A DNA stretch of 62,899 bases, filler included, from Vannella sp. (Eukaryota): NCBI GenBank assembly GCA_023345925.1. It is 8 parts of 8 records of this genome, joined end to end, with 100 filler letters (N's around TTAATTAATTAA, not from the genome) between each part and the next. Parts side by side here need not be neighbours in the genome. Positions count along the whole stretch, not along the records: positions 1 to 4,964 come from JAJQQN010000791.1; positions 5,065 to 13,054 come from JAJQQN010000783.1; 6 more parts are not named here. One strand, written 5' to 3'. This document shows positions 1-11,583 of this stretch, piece after piece. The notes beneath the pieces were generated by a model. That model did no database searches, was not told the origin of the DNA, and worked only from the letters and a program-made list of their open reading frames with translations. A program made the position numbers and the translations under genes. Within the stretch, counting starts at the first letter, position 1. Each line of letters starts with the position of its first letter.

Positions 1-427
1 CTCCTACTGCTGGGCCTTGGCCACCAAGAACGTCCCGCAGGACTTCCCACAAGGATTTTGCATGATTTTCGAGCCCATTTCGGTACACCTACATCACACT
101 TACCTCGATGGAGGCGAGCTTCTCATCAGTTGCAGAGTCAAAAGGCTGATGCATTTTGACCTGAAAAGGCTCCACGGGGCCCGTATTGAGAGAATCTACG
201 AGCCTGAGATGTCTCGCTGGTAGTGTGACTCTGAGTCGAAGTTTCCGATTAAGAAGCCGATAGAGTATATCCGAAGTGGGAGCTGATGAAGATGCGTCTC
301 TGTAGGTAGGATCGAGGCATTTCCATGACAGCTGTTGACTCCACAAGTTGTATTCACCAGGATCCTCTGCCAAAGAAAAAGTGGCGAAAATTGTCCACAG
401 AAAATCAAACGATGTTTCACCACACAT
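1..427 (-). CDS. Hypothetical protein, 5' part; runs off the window edge
   Basis: ATG at 427, 112-codon ORF, then a GTAAGT donor near 103 and a further exon. No family recognised. Confidence 0.4.
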
Positions 428-451
428 GAATTTAATCGATCAAAGAATATC

Positions 452-2028
452 TTAGAGGCGATCAGCTTTGGGTTCTTTCTTGCGGCGTTGCAATGAGGGA
501 GATTGAGAAAAGCGTTTCTTCACGGAGCGTCCGGACCGCAAAGCCACCGCAGGTAGTCCACACACTAAAGATAATGGGACTCCCGCAACCCCAACCACTC
601 CCACAAAGGCAACCAACTGCCGTGCGTCGTCCTTGTCCGACTCAGCGAACTCTCGACTTCCCAAAGCTTGTTTCAACAAACGAGGGTAAAAGAAGGCCGC
701 CTTCTCCACCCAAGTTTCATCTTTTTTCTAATCCACCATCAGATAAGATAGAAGAACACCCGCATTCTCTACCACATACCGAGAAGCCATCCGAGTTCCA
801 GTTGGGGTCATCGTAATACCAATTCCAAGAGTTTCTGTCCAGAATCAGGGACTTGTGCATTGGCGACGGACGGACTGACTTACTGGCAATTGATGCAAAC
901 CATATCTGGGCAGCCGCTTGACCGGATTGTGTCTAAGGAACAATGAGGGCACTTCTTGACGCCGTGTTTCTTCTTCCACTTCAATGTCCTACGAAGTCTG
1001 TTGGTCCTGTGGCTTTGCACGCCAAGCAAGAATGGAGTGGGCGAACTCACTTGGGATCATCTTTCTCCAATGTCCTCATGACCTCTTCACAGGACTGGTC
1101 ATCGTGCCACACTTGCATGCACTTATAACAAAAGGGTTTGGAACATCCAGGGCAACTGACCCGATCCTCCCCGGTATCATTCTCACCAACAATCACCATA
1201 TCACACCCCGGATGGGGACACCATCGAGATGTCGGGTCTGCCTTCAGACAAGCAATCAAGGAGAAGTTCTGGAACTTGGAAAAGGCGCTTTCCTCCACAA
1301 TCCTTTGAATCTGCCTCACAGTCAGCTCCATTGGGACACTCTGAGTCATCTCCACTCACATCATACACTGTCACAGCACACTCACACTCCATGTCGGGAC
1401 AGCGAATGTCATTCACGCTGCCAGACTCGATGTAGCCAGTGTAATAGTGTTTCAGGCACTACGAAGGTCCATTCAGTCCAGCTGCCTCCCACGAGAGAGC
1501 TCTTACTTCCTTACAGAACTCATGGTTGCATGACTCAAAGCGATAGCCATCTGTTGCTTCCACATCCTCGTAGCAGATGGAACACGGGAAGCCCTCAGCA
1601 GGGACGTTCCCTTCTGTGAAGTTCCTGGCCTTTGGGGAGTGCGGTGGTGTGTATCTTAACATCGGTTGGTCTTCCTTTGGTGGGCTTGATGCCTCCTCAG
1701 TGCTCCAGAGGTCTCCTCCAGCGCGAACGTCGGCCTTCGCCCCTCGTTCTCCGCGGCTGAGCTCCGAACGCACTCGAGGATTGCGCGCCTTCTCTAGAAG
1801 AGAAGTCACATGGTCGTGGAGGTGAAGCTGCTCCTCAATCCGCTGTGTTTCCCCACTCTCGAACGAGTGTTGGATAGTGACCGCCAGCATCTCCAATAGA
1901 TCCTCCAGGGTGCCCTCATACTCCACTGTCGAACTCCCCATCGCTGTAGACTCTTGCAACGCACTCTGAAACGTCTCCAACGTCGAGTGAACGTGCGGAA
2001 TGAGCTCGGAAGCTCGCATGGACTCCAT
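452..2028 (-). CDS. RBR (RING1-IBR-RING2) E3 ubiquitin ligase with C-terminal hydrophobic anchor (RNF144/RNF19/RNF217-like), spliced
   Basis: RING1 CSICYE...CNHEFC, IBR WCPHPGC...CPGCSKPFCYKCMQVWH, RING2 KKCPHC...GCPDMVCINC. The last exon encodes VAFVGVVGVAGVPLSLVCGLPAVAL. Short GT-AG introns join the ORF pieces. Start codon approximate. Confidence 0.85.
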
Positions 2029-2099
2029 CAATGGCAGACAGCCGCCGCCGCTGTCACCCGATAAACTGAGCCTTCTAGTGGACCATACGAACACGTTTA

Positions 2100-2447
2100 T
2101 CATCGAGGAGGAGAAGGGGGAGAGGGAGGGAGGCTTTGCTCCTCTTGGGGAGGGGCGGAGACGGAAAGTTGGTGTTCTACTTGAAGGATGAGTGAAGCCC
2201 ACGGGTCTTGAACCCATGATGGGTCGTAGAAGGTTCGGAGGCATGGCGTGGGGCGGTTGGGGCGGGGGGCTTCGCCAAGAAGGGCGGCCCAGGGATCCTC
2301 TACCCATGATGGATGGTAGAGGACCCGAGACTCCCTCTTCTCTCCTGGAGCGCCACCATCCCATCCTCTTTGAATCCGTTTACCTTGAGGACCACCTCTA
2401 CGTTGCCCCCCGCCACGACCTCGTGACCCTCCACGTCCCCTCCGCAT
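2100..2447 (-). CDS. Small RGG-rich protein with two MPLKIP/TTDN1-like YxPSWVxDPW motifs
   Basis: N-terminus MRRGRGGSRGRGGG. YHPSWVEDPWAAL and YDPSWVQDPWASL resemble the conserved MPLKIP C-terminal motif (YxPSMLEDPW). Confidence 0.6.
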   Translation of the reverse strand: MRRGRGGSRGRGGGQRRGGPQGKRIQRGWDGGAPGEKRESRVLYHPSWVEDPWAALLGEAPRPNRPTPCLRTFYDPSWVQDPWASLILQVEHQLSVSAPPQEEQSLPPSPPSPPR

Positions 2448-2535
2448 TGGAGTGGCAAGAAATGCTAACTGGAGCGTTTGGATGGCTTGGCAGCAAGCTG
2501 AACACCTTTGAGTGGGTTCTATAATTGTGTTTATA

Positions 2536-3324
2536 CTACTCTCGCGTCTTGGAAGGGTCCCAACGTCTCACAATATGGTCTTTGATCTTCATTTTTGACA
2601 TGATCGAGGGCGATGACCATGTTGGGGAGGTCCCTCCTTCTTCCCATGATACGAGACAGAGAAGTAGCCCTTTGGAGACTGTTTCTGTGACGCGGGAGAG
2701 GCTTTGAAGGTCGCTCAATCGGTTGATCTGATCGGCTGTGAGGAAAGTCGTTGAAGGGGATCCATCTGGCAAGGGTTCTGAACCTTCTACCTGAATCCGA
2801 ACAGCCAGTTCCCCGTGCTTCACCAAGGGGCCGCCCTTGGAGTAGAGGATGAAGTCCACTCCATACTTGAGACCTCCTCGCACCACCCAACCCATTGTAC
2901 GGTAGTGGCAGTATGCGCAATAGTCGATCACAAATCTTTCACCTCCTCTCGTGACAAGAGCACTCCACAGATCCTCTTTTGAGAGAGGCTCTCCACGAGG
3001 CGTCCCCAAGACGTCACCAAGGCGGATGGACAAGCTTTCCGTGGTATCATGAAGAAAGAAGCATTCAAGGAAGCTCAATTGAAGCTGTTCCACTCCTCCA
3101 TCTAACCCTGACTTGAGTCTGGGTGCGGCGCGCTTGGCATGGAAAGGTTCTCTCAGAACACTCTTCTCCCCCGAAGAAACCGCGCGCTCTCCACCTGTGC
3201 GAAAGAAGGAAGGCTGTGATCGAGAAAGAATACCCTTGCCAAACCCCCCTCGAACGAGCCAAGCAATCCCCTCCGGATCAAACACCCAAACCCCAAAGCC
3301 GAGAAGTACTGCCTCGAAGGCCAT
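2536..3324 (-). CDS. TSEN2: tRNA-splicing endonuclease catalytic subunit Sen2
   Basis: LQLSFLECFFL, then GWVVRGGLKYGVDFILYSKGGPLVKH (catalytic Tyr/His) and C-terminal RRWDPSKTR. Confidence 0.9.
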   Translation of the reverse strand: MAFEAVLLGFGVWVFDPEGIAWLVRGGFGKGILSRSQPSFFRTGGERAVSSGEKSVLREPFHAKRAAPRLKSGLDGGVEQLQLSFLECFFLHDTTESLSIRLGDVLGTPRGEPLSKEDLWSALVTRGGERFVIDYCAYCHYRTMGWVVRGGLKYGVDFILYSKGGPLVKHGELAVRIQVEGSEPLPDGSPSTTFLTADQINRLSDLQSLSRVTETVSKGLLLCLVSWEEGGTSPTWSSPSIMSKMKIKDHIVRRWDPSKTRE

Positions 3325-3429
3325 CCAATAATAATTGAATTTTATGCGATCCTCTCCCCTGCTGAGAAGGCAATCCTGGAGGGTCCATCAAATTCGTTGC
3401 CTTGCTGGCAGTCTCTTCCTTGGTCACTG

Positions 3430-3772
3430 ATGGTGGGCACGCTCCCCCAACTCGGCCTGATCCTGTCTCATCCTCTGTTTAGCCTAACACTGCCTCTCCC
3501 CGAAAGCTTCGTCACAAGTCCAATAAGTTCAATGAGAACATCACTAAGCGAGGTGCCCAGACTGTAGAGGCTGTGAGTTTGCAGTTGCCAACGAAACTTT
3601 GTCTTGCTAACAAGGTCTGTCTAGAAGAAGGAGAGTGCCCCCTTCGGCCCTGCTCTGATCGCACTCTTCGTTTTTGTTGTGGTCGGCTCCGGTGAGATCA
3701 TCGCAAAGCACTCCTCATGACGCTCACTCTCCTTGGGAAGCTATCCTGCAGGTCTTCCGTGGCGTTATTTAA
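3430..3772 (+). CDS. SERP1: Stress-associated ER protein / RAMP4, 4 exons
   Basis: Exons 3430-3432 (ATG only), 3483-3572, 3625-3691 and 3741-3772 give MPNTASPRKLRHKSNKFNENITKRGAQTVEAKKESAPFGPALIALFVFVVVGSAILQVFRGVI. Missed by the ORF track. Confidence 0.92.
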
Positions 3773-3885
3773 TCTTCCCGCATCCAAACATAAAGATCTC
3801 TCGTCAGCTTCTTCCTTGGACGGTTGCTTGAAGGTGAAGGGAGAAGGAGCCAATTTATGATTGTCGTTTAATACACACAAAAGAT

Positions 3886-4499
3886 TTACTTCTTGCGCAT
3901 GCCGAGCTTCTTGGCGACAGTCTTAGATCGGCGTTCACGGAGCTGCTTGTTCTTCAAGCGACGGGCCTCAGCCTGATCCTTGAGAACCTTTTGGGTGGCA
4001 GCCTCGTTCTTCTCCTTGTGGATGGCCTCCATGATGTTCTTCTTGTTCTTGAAGACGTTACCCTTGGCGCGCAGGTAGAAGTCGTGGTACATGTGTCTGT
4101 CGATCTTGTTGGCATCTCTGTACTTCTTCAACAGGCGGCGAAGAACACGCATTCTGCGGATCCAAAGGACCTTGCCGGGCATACGGGCGTTTCGGGTACC
4201 ACGTCTCTTACCGGTGCCAGTGTGGCGACCGAGACGCTTGGCCTCCAGCCTCTTTCGGGTGCGATCACGAGAGTGGATGACTGGGGGCTTTCGGATGATG
4301 AAACCATCCTTGATAAGCTTGCGAACGTCCTGGCCTAGTCCCCCCTGTAAGAAAGCGAAGCCTAGAAGTCCCGTGGGTCGAACGTACGAGAGTTGGCCAT
4401 GGAGATCTCGGAAGCCTCATTAGGGTCCAGCCAAACCTTGCGTTTGCCACAATCCAAGACCGACGCTGCGAGGCGCTTCTGCAACTTCAAGAGGACCAT
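3886..4499 (-). CDS. RPL19: 60S ribosomal protein eL19
   Basis: [28 protein letters not shown]...[16 protein letters not shown]; one intron at 4335-4387. Confidence 0.97.
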
Positions 4500-4510
4500 C
4501 GTGCGGTAGC

Positions 4511-4524
4511 GAAAAAAAAGGAAG
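4511..4524 (-). promoter_or_regulatory. Polypyrimidine (TCT/5'TOP-like) element upstream of RPL19
   Basis: Pure-pyrimidine run (CTTCC followed by a T run and C) on the minus strand, about 12 nt upstream of the ATG. Confidence 0.5.
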
Positions 4525-4601
4525 CTAGCAGGCGACCAACGAAAATTTTGAACGAAAGTTGTGATACTTATGACATGTTTATTACGGAGTGTTGACTTCA
4601 G

Positions 4602-4805
4602 CTATTCTTTCTGTGATGGTGGTGGTTCATGACCAAGTGATATAGTGCCAAGATCGACTGGTTCGGGCTTCTTCTCCTTGGCTGCTTGTATCTGGTCGTT
4701 GATGAGGCGGTGAGCTTCCTCGGGAGTCATTTGTTTGACGTGGCGCTCTTTGTATCCCAGATCCTTAAGCTTCTTCTTCATATCCATGGTGATCTTGATC
4801 TCCAT
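4602..4805 (-). CDS. Small hypothetical protein (may have upstream exons cut by the contig end)
   Basis: Coding-like motif ITMDMKKKLKDLGY...MTPEEAHRLI; function unknown. Confidence 0.55.
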   Translation of the reverse strand: MEIKITMDMKKKLKDLGYKERHVKQMTPEEAHRLINDQIQAAKEKKPEPVDLGTISLGHEPPPSQKE

Positions 4806-4964
4806 TGAGTATCATTCGATCGAAGGCATAGTGGTCTTACCACAAAAGGAACAGAGCACTTCTGCCCCTCCCGAGGAGAAACATACGATTGCAGATCGTA
4901 CCACAAGCGATTCGAGTCCTGCTTTGTCTTCCGATAGAACTGATCCCAACTGTTTTGTAAATCC

Positions 4965-5064
4965 NNNNNNNNNNNNNNNNNNNNNNNNNNNNNNNNNNNN
5001 NNNNNNNNTTAATTAATTAANNNNNNNNNNNNNNNNNNNNNNNNNNNNNNNNNNNNNNNNNNNN
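4965..5064. other. Artificial contig spacer
   Basis: 44 N + TTAATTAATTAA (stop codons in all frames) + 44 N. Confidence 0.99.
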
Positions 5065-5121
5065 TGGGGTGATGAGGGACAGCTGCGCTAATACTCGGTC
5101 GGCTTGGGTTGGGTTGATTAG

Positions 5122-5672
5122 GTGTGGGGAAAACGTGCGTCCTCTTGCGATACTCCGAGGATCAGTTTGAAGAGCGTGGTATGACGACGTTGGGAGTAGA
5201 TTACAAGGTCAAGACTATCGAGTCGGAAGGAGAACAGGTTCGACTTCAAGTTTGGGACACCGCGGGCCAAGAGAGGTTCGGCAACGTCACATCCAGCTTC
5301 TATCGTGGAGCCCACATCATCGTTGTAGTATACGACGTGTCCAGCAAAGAATCATACGAAAGTGTGGAGAACTGGCTGAAAGGCATCGACACCTTCTCAC
5401 AGGGAAACCTCGCTAAGATCGTCCTCGGTAACAAGTCGGATCTCCCTCATCAAATATCACTTGCGGAAGCCAAGGAGGGTCTCTCAGATCTCGGTGTGGA
5501 CGTACTGGAGGTGAGCGCCAAGGATGGTACGGGAGTAGAGGAAGCTTTCGCCCATGTTGCCTCCTTGGCCATCAGGACTCTCCGTTCCATGGGTTCTCCT
5601 CTTAAGCCCGCCAAAGGACTTATTAAGCTGGATCGACGCCAAGCCCAAACGAACAAGAAGTGCAACTGCTAA
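5122..5672 (+). CDS. Rab-family small GTPase (Rab1/Rab8-like), 5' exon missing
   Basis: GVGKT, WDTAGQERF, GNKSD, EVSAK, C-terminal CNC prenylation motif; preceded by a TAG acceptor. Confidence 0.93.
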
Positions 5673-6040
5673 AGTCGCAACCGCCGTACCAGCCCTGACC
5701 GCCTGTAGAAACGTCCGCGAGGACGCGTGTATCATTATCTATCTTATAAGAACCCCTTCCTACACCTGCTGGCTTCCTTTGTTGTTGTTGTAAAGAGGAG
5801 GCGACTCCTTGAAGGGAAACACCCATATCGAGAAGGGCCACTGCACAGCACTCCCATTTGGGCATCATCTCTTGACGTCCATAGCACCTCCCTACTTGGG
5901 ACAGAAGGAGACAGCATTCACAAGGAGGATCACACCTTGCATACGAACCCTTTTCTAACGACTTGGGTTGAACGCGACGCGGGTTGACCCAAAAGGGACT
6001 GCGTTGAGGGTGATGCGTTTGTCCTTCCGGAGATGGTTTA

Positions 6041-9000
6041 TTAGGATCGTCCGGAACAAGTCACTTCTAGCCTCTGGAGGCCCATTCCTCCACACAGGAT
6101 GCGGAAGGCTGATCGGCCGTTTTGGGGAAGAGGCACAACATCAAAGCAAGAGGTATCCGCCACCTCAAGGAAGTAGGAGCTGATAAAGGTGATCAAGACG
6201 GTTGGGTGGCTTACCTGAACCTCCCAAATGGTAATCCTTTGGTCTGGTCCAACGGAAAAGAGGAAACCAGCGACTAGTTTGACACATGTGACTGCTGCTC
6301 GGTGAGCCAATGTAACTGTTTGCCTTGCTTTCACTTGTGCAGAGATGTCATGAGGTCCTCCCAGCTGTAGTAAGAGGCAAGTCACCGCTTGGTCATCTCC
6401 CCCTGTGGCAATCAAGAAGGCCCCCTCCACATCTTGGTACGGCTGAATAGATATAGAAGAAATGCCACTCTGGTGGACATTATCAACTAGGAAGAGTGGG
6501 CGAGTCTGCGGAAGGTCCTCAGAAGTGGTTGGGCTGGAACACTCTTCTTGCAAGACACTTTGAAAGACGAACGAGTTAGTTCATGTGCCATCTACTTGCT
6601 TAACCAAACCACTTACAATTGAATGATCTTTGAGAGATCCCACACAAGAAGTCGTCCATCAGTGGAGGCTGAGATGGCATAGTGGGCCACTTCGCCTTCT
6701 ATGCCCACTTCCACATGCTCCAGAGCCAATACGGGGCCAAAGTGGCTCACCAGGTTTGTCACTGAAGAGAACTCTCTCCGATCTGACCGATAACTGAGTA
6801 CTTCAATGTAGGAGTTTGACAGACCCATGAGAATAACGTGAAGGTTCAGAGATAAAGAAAAGGTGGCCAAACACATCACACGACAATCAGCTTGCTTTCT
6901 TTTCAGATACTTTTTGACCAATGCACACCTTTTCTGTGCAACAGACAAATGCCAACCCACCAGACAGTATTCACCTCCTCCAGAGAACAGGAGTGCAGAT
7001 CGACCATCTTTCGCAGCTATGACTGATGTGCATCGGACAGAAGAGGCTTGCCCTCGAAGGGTTTGGTGCACACGGAACTCACTTACTCCAACAGGAGACT
7101 CAGCAACTTCCACGATCTTCATCATTGTATCTTCACTGCCAGTGAGGAAAAGACTCGGGGATAAAGAGGTCACTGTGTTGACTTGGAGGCCATGAAGTGG
7201 AACATTAAAGGTATGTTGAATTGATGTTGCTCCCCCTCCGGCTTCTTGTGCAAGGAAGATTGAGCTTTGATGGACAAATATCTTCTTATGGGAGAGATAT
7301 GCACATGTGTAGAGAGAGGGGTTTGTAGCCACCGCCCCTTCTTGAGAGGAAAGGAAGGCAAAGGAATGAGGACGATGAAGTCCACCACAGGCGATGTTGA
7401 GAAGCTGAACACCGCTATCAAGTCCCTCCACTACAAGTTGATCTCCGTAAAATCCTACAGCATAGGTTTGTTGCTCATCTCCAGTGCCAATAGAATAGAT
7501 TTGCTCCACATTGTCAATTCGGCGACGAACCTTTCCTGTGGAAGTGAGCTCACAGCCCGCTTGGTCGTCCCACAGGAAGGTGCAAAGCCGCCCATCTCTA
7601 CCAACGGATAAGATCTCACCAACATCGCTCACAAATAGAGAGCTAACCCTCTCCTTTCCATGAACGCGAAGGAATTGAGCACAAGGTGCCAGAGGTTCTG
7701 CTTCTTCTGGAACTAACGGATTCGGATTGATATCTGCTGCTGAATAGAAGAAAACGCTGCCCTTAGCATCACCCGCGATGATTCTCCCTGGGAGAATGGG
7801 GCTCATAACAAGAGAGCGGATGATTTCTTGCTGTGCAGTGAGAGTGGCCTTCAGTTTAAGAGAGGCTGTGTTGCCTTCTTTAACCAGAATCCACCATTTG
7901 CAGCAAAATCCTCTGTCCTCAAATCCTCCTGAGAAGACGTTATCTCCCTCTGGCCAAAAGATGCTTGTGATCCTTTTGTGAGCCATTATTTGTATGACTT
8001 CAGCTTCTTTGCCAAGAGGAACTATTGTTATTGCACCACGGTCCTCACCGAGTAAGGCAGCGGACATTCCGAAGGACGATGAGACAGGACTGATACTCAT
8101 GAAACGAAAGACACACCCTTGCTGGTGATAGATGACCTCCCAACTCAAATGAGGAAGAGTTAGTTTGGCCAAAAGTCCTTCTCGGGTGGATACGAGAATC
8201 TGGTTGTAAGCTAGGACTTCAATAGCTTGCACAAAGTCTCCTGTTGCTCCAGGAACGATTTCTGTTAACCCTCCAGGGAAGGGCGTGACTGAGATAACAC
8301 CGCCCTGGAATCGGTCGAGAATCTCTTGAACAGACCACATCTTGATGGCTCCATCGGCTCCGCTGCTGACTCCAACGGCTCTATTATGGTCAATAGCGAC
8401 GCTCCAGACGTTTTTTCCAGAGTGCCCCTGATAGGTTCCCACGCACTGGCCGTTTTCTGCATTCCAGAGACGACAAGTAAGATCTTCAGAGCAGGTAAGG
8501 ACCAGAAGAGCCCTATTTGGAGGCTCCCCATGCTGCTGGTGAGGCCATTCGGTGAAACCAACCCATCTACCTCTCCACACACGACAAGAGTGGCCAGTGA
8601 GTATGACGCAGTCTCGCTTCTCCTCTTCGGGAGAAGCCCAGAGATTGCTCCAAATGCGAGCGCTGCGATCATCTGAGGTTGAGATCAGACTGGAGCCTTC
8701 GCTGTTCCAAGAGATCGAGAAAATAACACCCTCGTGGCCTACTAGTCTCTTTTGGATCCTGTCAGGCTCCACCAAAGGCTGCCAAAGGAGAACTTGGTTG
8801 AAAACAGTTCCACTTGCTGCCCAAAGACCTCTCTCAGAGCTGTAGAAGAGCTGTGCCGAGTAGAGGATGGAGTTTTCAGGAGACTGGATGGTCTTGGTGT
8901 GCTCCCGCGTCATAAGGTCCCAGATATCCACGCAGTTGTGCGCAGTGATTAGGAGGAGCTGTAGTTGATCCGTTGAGTCAAAGGTACCCAAAAGTACATC

Positions 9001-9408
9001 CCAGACCCAATCCTTTCGTATTGGTAGTGTCCAGAAGATGGAAAGAGTCCCGAAATGGCGTGATCGTGCCCACTGAAGCACCCGGACCTCCTTTTGTCCC
9101 CACACTACTACCAGAGTGGCATTCTGGCGCTCCAATGTACTTAAGGGAGCAGGGGTTCTCCCTGATCCAGGTGATATCCCACGGATGCCCCGAATAAGAG
9201 TCCCTGGCTCCAAGCAAGGGAAAGTGCAGACTTGTTCGAACGGTTCCACCACCGAATAGATCCTCAGCTCGCTTCCCACACCTGCAGACCCTTAGTTCCT
9301 CTTCATTCTGTCCATCTATCCTCTCAACTGACCAGCAAACAGCCAACCATCCACAAACTCAACACAAATCGTTGGCACCGAAGCGTGCTCTCGCCTCCAC
9401 TCCGCCAT
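6041..9408 (-). CDS. WDR6: WD40-repeat protein WDR6/Trm734-like
   Basis: ASGTVFNQV, GHEGVIFSI, GHSCRVW, CGGLHR, HQSGI, TGGDDQA and SVGPDQRI motifs typical of WDR6. Introns near 9282-9332 and about 6560-6612. Confidence 0.85.
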
Positions 9409-9566
9409 CCCCAAAATATCCCAAAATATCTTCCCCGTATCATAATCTCTCTTTTTGATGTCCACAGCGATTATTCTCCGTTTTTTCCTCGTTTGGTCGC
9501 CCTGATTCTCCGTTTTTTCCTCGTTTTGGAATCCTGCGTTTACCGTCTTCCCTCTGTCATTTCCTC

Positions 9567-10491
9567 ATGAACAAGGGGCTGAGTAAGCTCCATACCTCCG
9601 CTTTGGCGGTGATACCTCCAAAGGAGGTGTGGGACAGCATTCAGGCGATAAGACAGATTCACGATAAGAGCTTCGAGAGGTGGATGCCGCACATTAACAT
9701 GTAAGTAAGCCAGCAGGCCAAAAGAGCTTCTCATTGACCCGTGAAAGGCTTTACCCGTTCGCTGCGGACTACGAGTTTGATGAACTCGAAACGGCCATTG
9801 AGGAGGCTCTCTTCCAGATAGACCCGTTCGAGATTACTTTTGACAGTTTTGGTATCTTCCAGCACAGCAAGAGCTCTTCTACCCTCTGGTTACATCCCCA
9901 GGAGCAACGAATGGACGGCTCTTCTTCGCTCCAACGGAAGATCAATTGGTGCAAACCTTTCCCTTGTTCAATGACTTGGTTGACCGTTCAGAAGAAGGTT
10001 TTCGGCCTCATCTCACCGTTGGGCAGTTTAAGGGCAAGCAGCAGGTGGAGCAGATGCAAAGGAAGTTCCAAGAGACTTGGCGACCCATCAAGTTCCTTGT
10101 CAACTGCGTGTTCCTCATCAGCCGTTCCGACAACGGTCCGTTTGAAGTTCGAAAAGTGATTCCCTTGAGGGGTGTCACTTACCAAGAGGCCGTGAAGGCC
10201 TCCGGATTCAGTAATTCCCAACCAGTGACCCAACGACCGAAGGCCGACCAATTCACAGTGTTTTTGGGGAACATTCCACCAGGTACAACCGTAGATGAAC
10301 TCAAAGTGCTCTGTAGTAGTGTGCCAGATCTCCAACTGGTCTCCATTGTCATCCCAGTGGACAAACGAACCAAAATCCAACGCAGTTTCGCCTTTCTTGA
10401 GGTTCACGGCCTCAACCAAGCCACTGCCGTGAGTGCCCTCACAGGATCTACTCTTCGAGGGGCCACAATCTCTGCTAAACTAGCCAAATGA
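9567..10491 (+). CDS. 2H-phosphoesterase (2'-5' RNA ligase-like, LENG9-type) with C-terminal RRM; apparent frameshift near 9935
   Basis: HTSALAVIPP...RWMPHINMLYPF and FRPHLTVGQ motifs; RRM TVFLGNIPP...RSFAFLE; intron 9701-9747. Confidence 0.8.
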
Positions 10492-10591
10492 ACTCGAAAA
10501 GCCAATCAAAAATGGCGGGAAAGTGGCAACGGACTTGGAGGCTTTCCCTGTTGGGGTTGGTGTATTGCTGTCGTGACTGCTTGGAGCCAAG

Positions 10592-11503
10592 ATGTCATCA
10601 GCAGAGGGGATAGGAATCATGGAGGGAGCCTACTTTGTGGGGCGAATGGAGCTGTTGGCTTGGCTGAAAGACTTCTTTGCGTTGAACTACGCCAAAGTGG
10701 AGGAATGTTCCACTGGTGCTGCCTACTGTCAAATCCTCGATGCGATCTATCCAGGCAAGGTCGCTCTCCATCGAGTCAAGTTCGCTGCAAAGCACGAGCA
10801 CGAGTACATCCACAACTTCAAGATACTTCAAGCTGGCTTTGACAGGGCCAACTTGAAACGCCTCATCCCCGTTGAACTGCTCACCAATGGCAAGTATCGC
10901 GACAACCTGGAGTTCCTGCAGTGGTTCAAACGCTTCTTTGACCTTCAATACGACCCAGAGACGAGCTACAACGCTTCTCAACGTCGAAAAGAAGCGATCG
11001 CGTCCTTCAACTCAAGTCGACACATCCGTAACCGAGCCTCCACCGTTGGAGCCGCCAGAACTGTGGCTCCTGGTAGGACTGCTGTGCCCTCTTCGAGAGC
11101 ACCACCGTCTCCCACAGTGGCAGCCACCCCAGCCCGTACTGTGTCGCGTAAGAAGGTTCCTGCGCCCGTCCCTCCTCGAGATGACTCCATGGTGTTAAAG
11201 AAAGAGAATGAAACACTGAAAGAAGAGCTCCTCAGCACTCGCAAGACGGCTGCTGAGCTGGAAAAAGAGCGCGACTTTTACTTCGGCAAACTCCACCGAA
11301 TGGACCAGCTCTTCCATGAGGGAGGTTGCGCTAATCCTGAAGACCTACTCAAACAGGTGCAGTCCATCCTCTATGATGATGTGACCTCTGTTCCAGAGGT
11401 TGACGATCTCGAGCTCCCTCTTCCCAAAGGTATCTCGCCAGAGAGGCTGGCGGATGTTGCCAAGGAGAACCTGTCCAATGTATCCAGTTCGCCGCTCTTT
11501 TGA
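10592..11503 (+). CDS. EB1: Microtubule plus-end-binding protein EB1
   Basis: CH domain (GAAYCQILD, DNLEFLQWFK) and EBH motif EKERDFYFGKL; intronless. Confidence 0.95.
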   Translation: MSSAEGIGIMEGAYFVGRMELLAWLKDFFALNYAKVEECSTGAAYCQILDAIYPGKVALHRVKFAAKHEHEYIHNFKILQAGFDRANLKRLIPVELLTNGKYRDNLEFLQWFKRFFDLQYDPETSYNASQRRKEAIASFNSSRHIRNRASTVGAARTVAPGRTAVPSSRAPPSPTVAATPARTVSRKKVPAPVPPRDDSMVLKKENETLKEELLSTRKTAAELEKERDFYFGKLHRMDQLFHEGGCANPEDLLKQVQSILYDDVTSVPEVDDLELPLPKGISPERLADVAKENLSNVSSSPLF

Positions 11504-11583
11504 TGTGCTCTGCCTTCCCCCACTCCCCTCGGAATCGATGAAGTGGTGGGGAAAGCGACCCTTCCTTCACTGTATAAACACAA

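Noticed and set aside
2029..2364. N-terminal extension of the RBR ligase in ORF 1459-2364
   Set aside because: Overlaps the better-supported 2100-2447 gene in another frame and looks non-protein-like; the start near 2028 is preferred.
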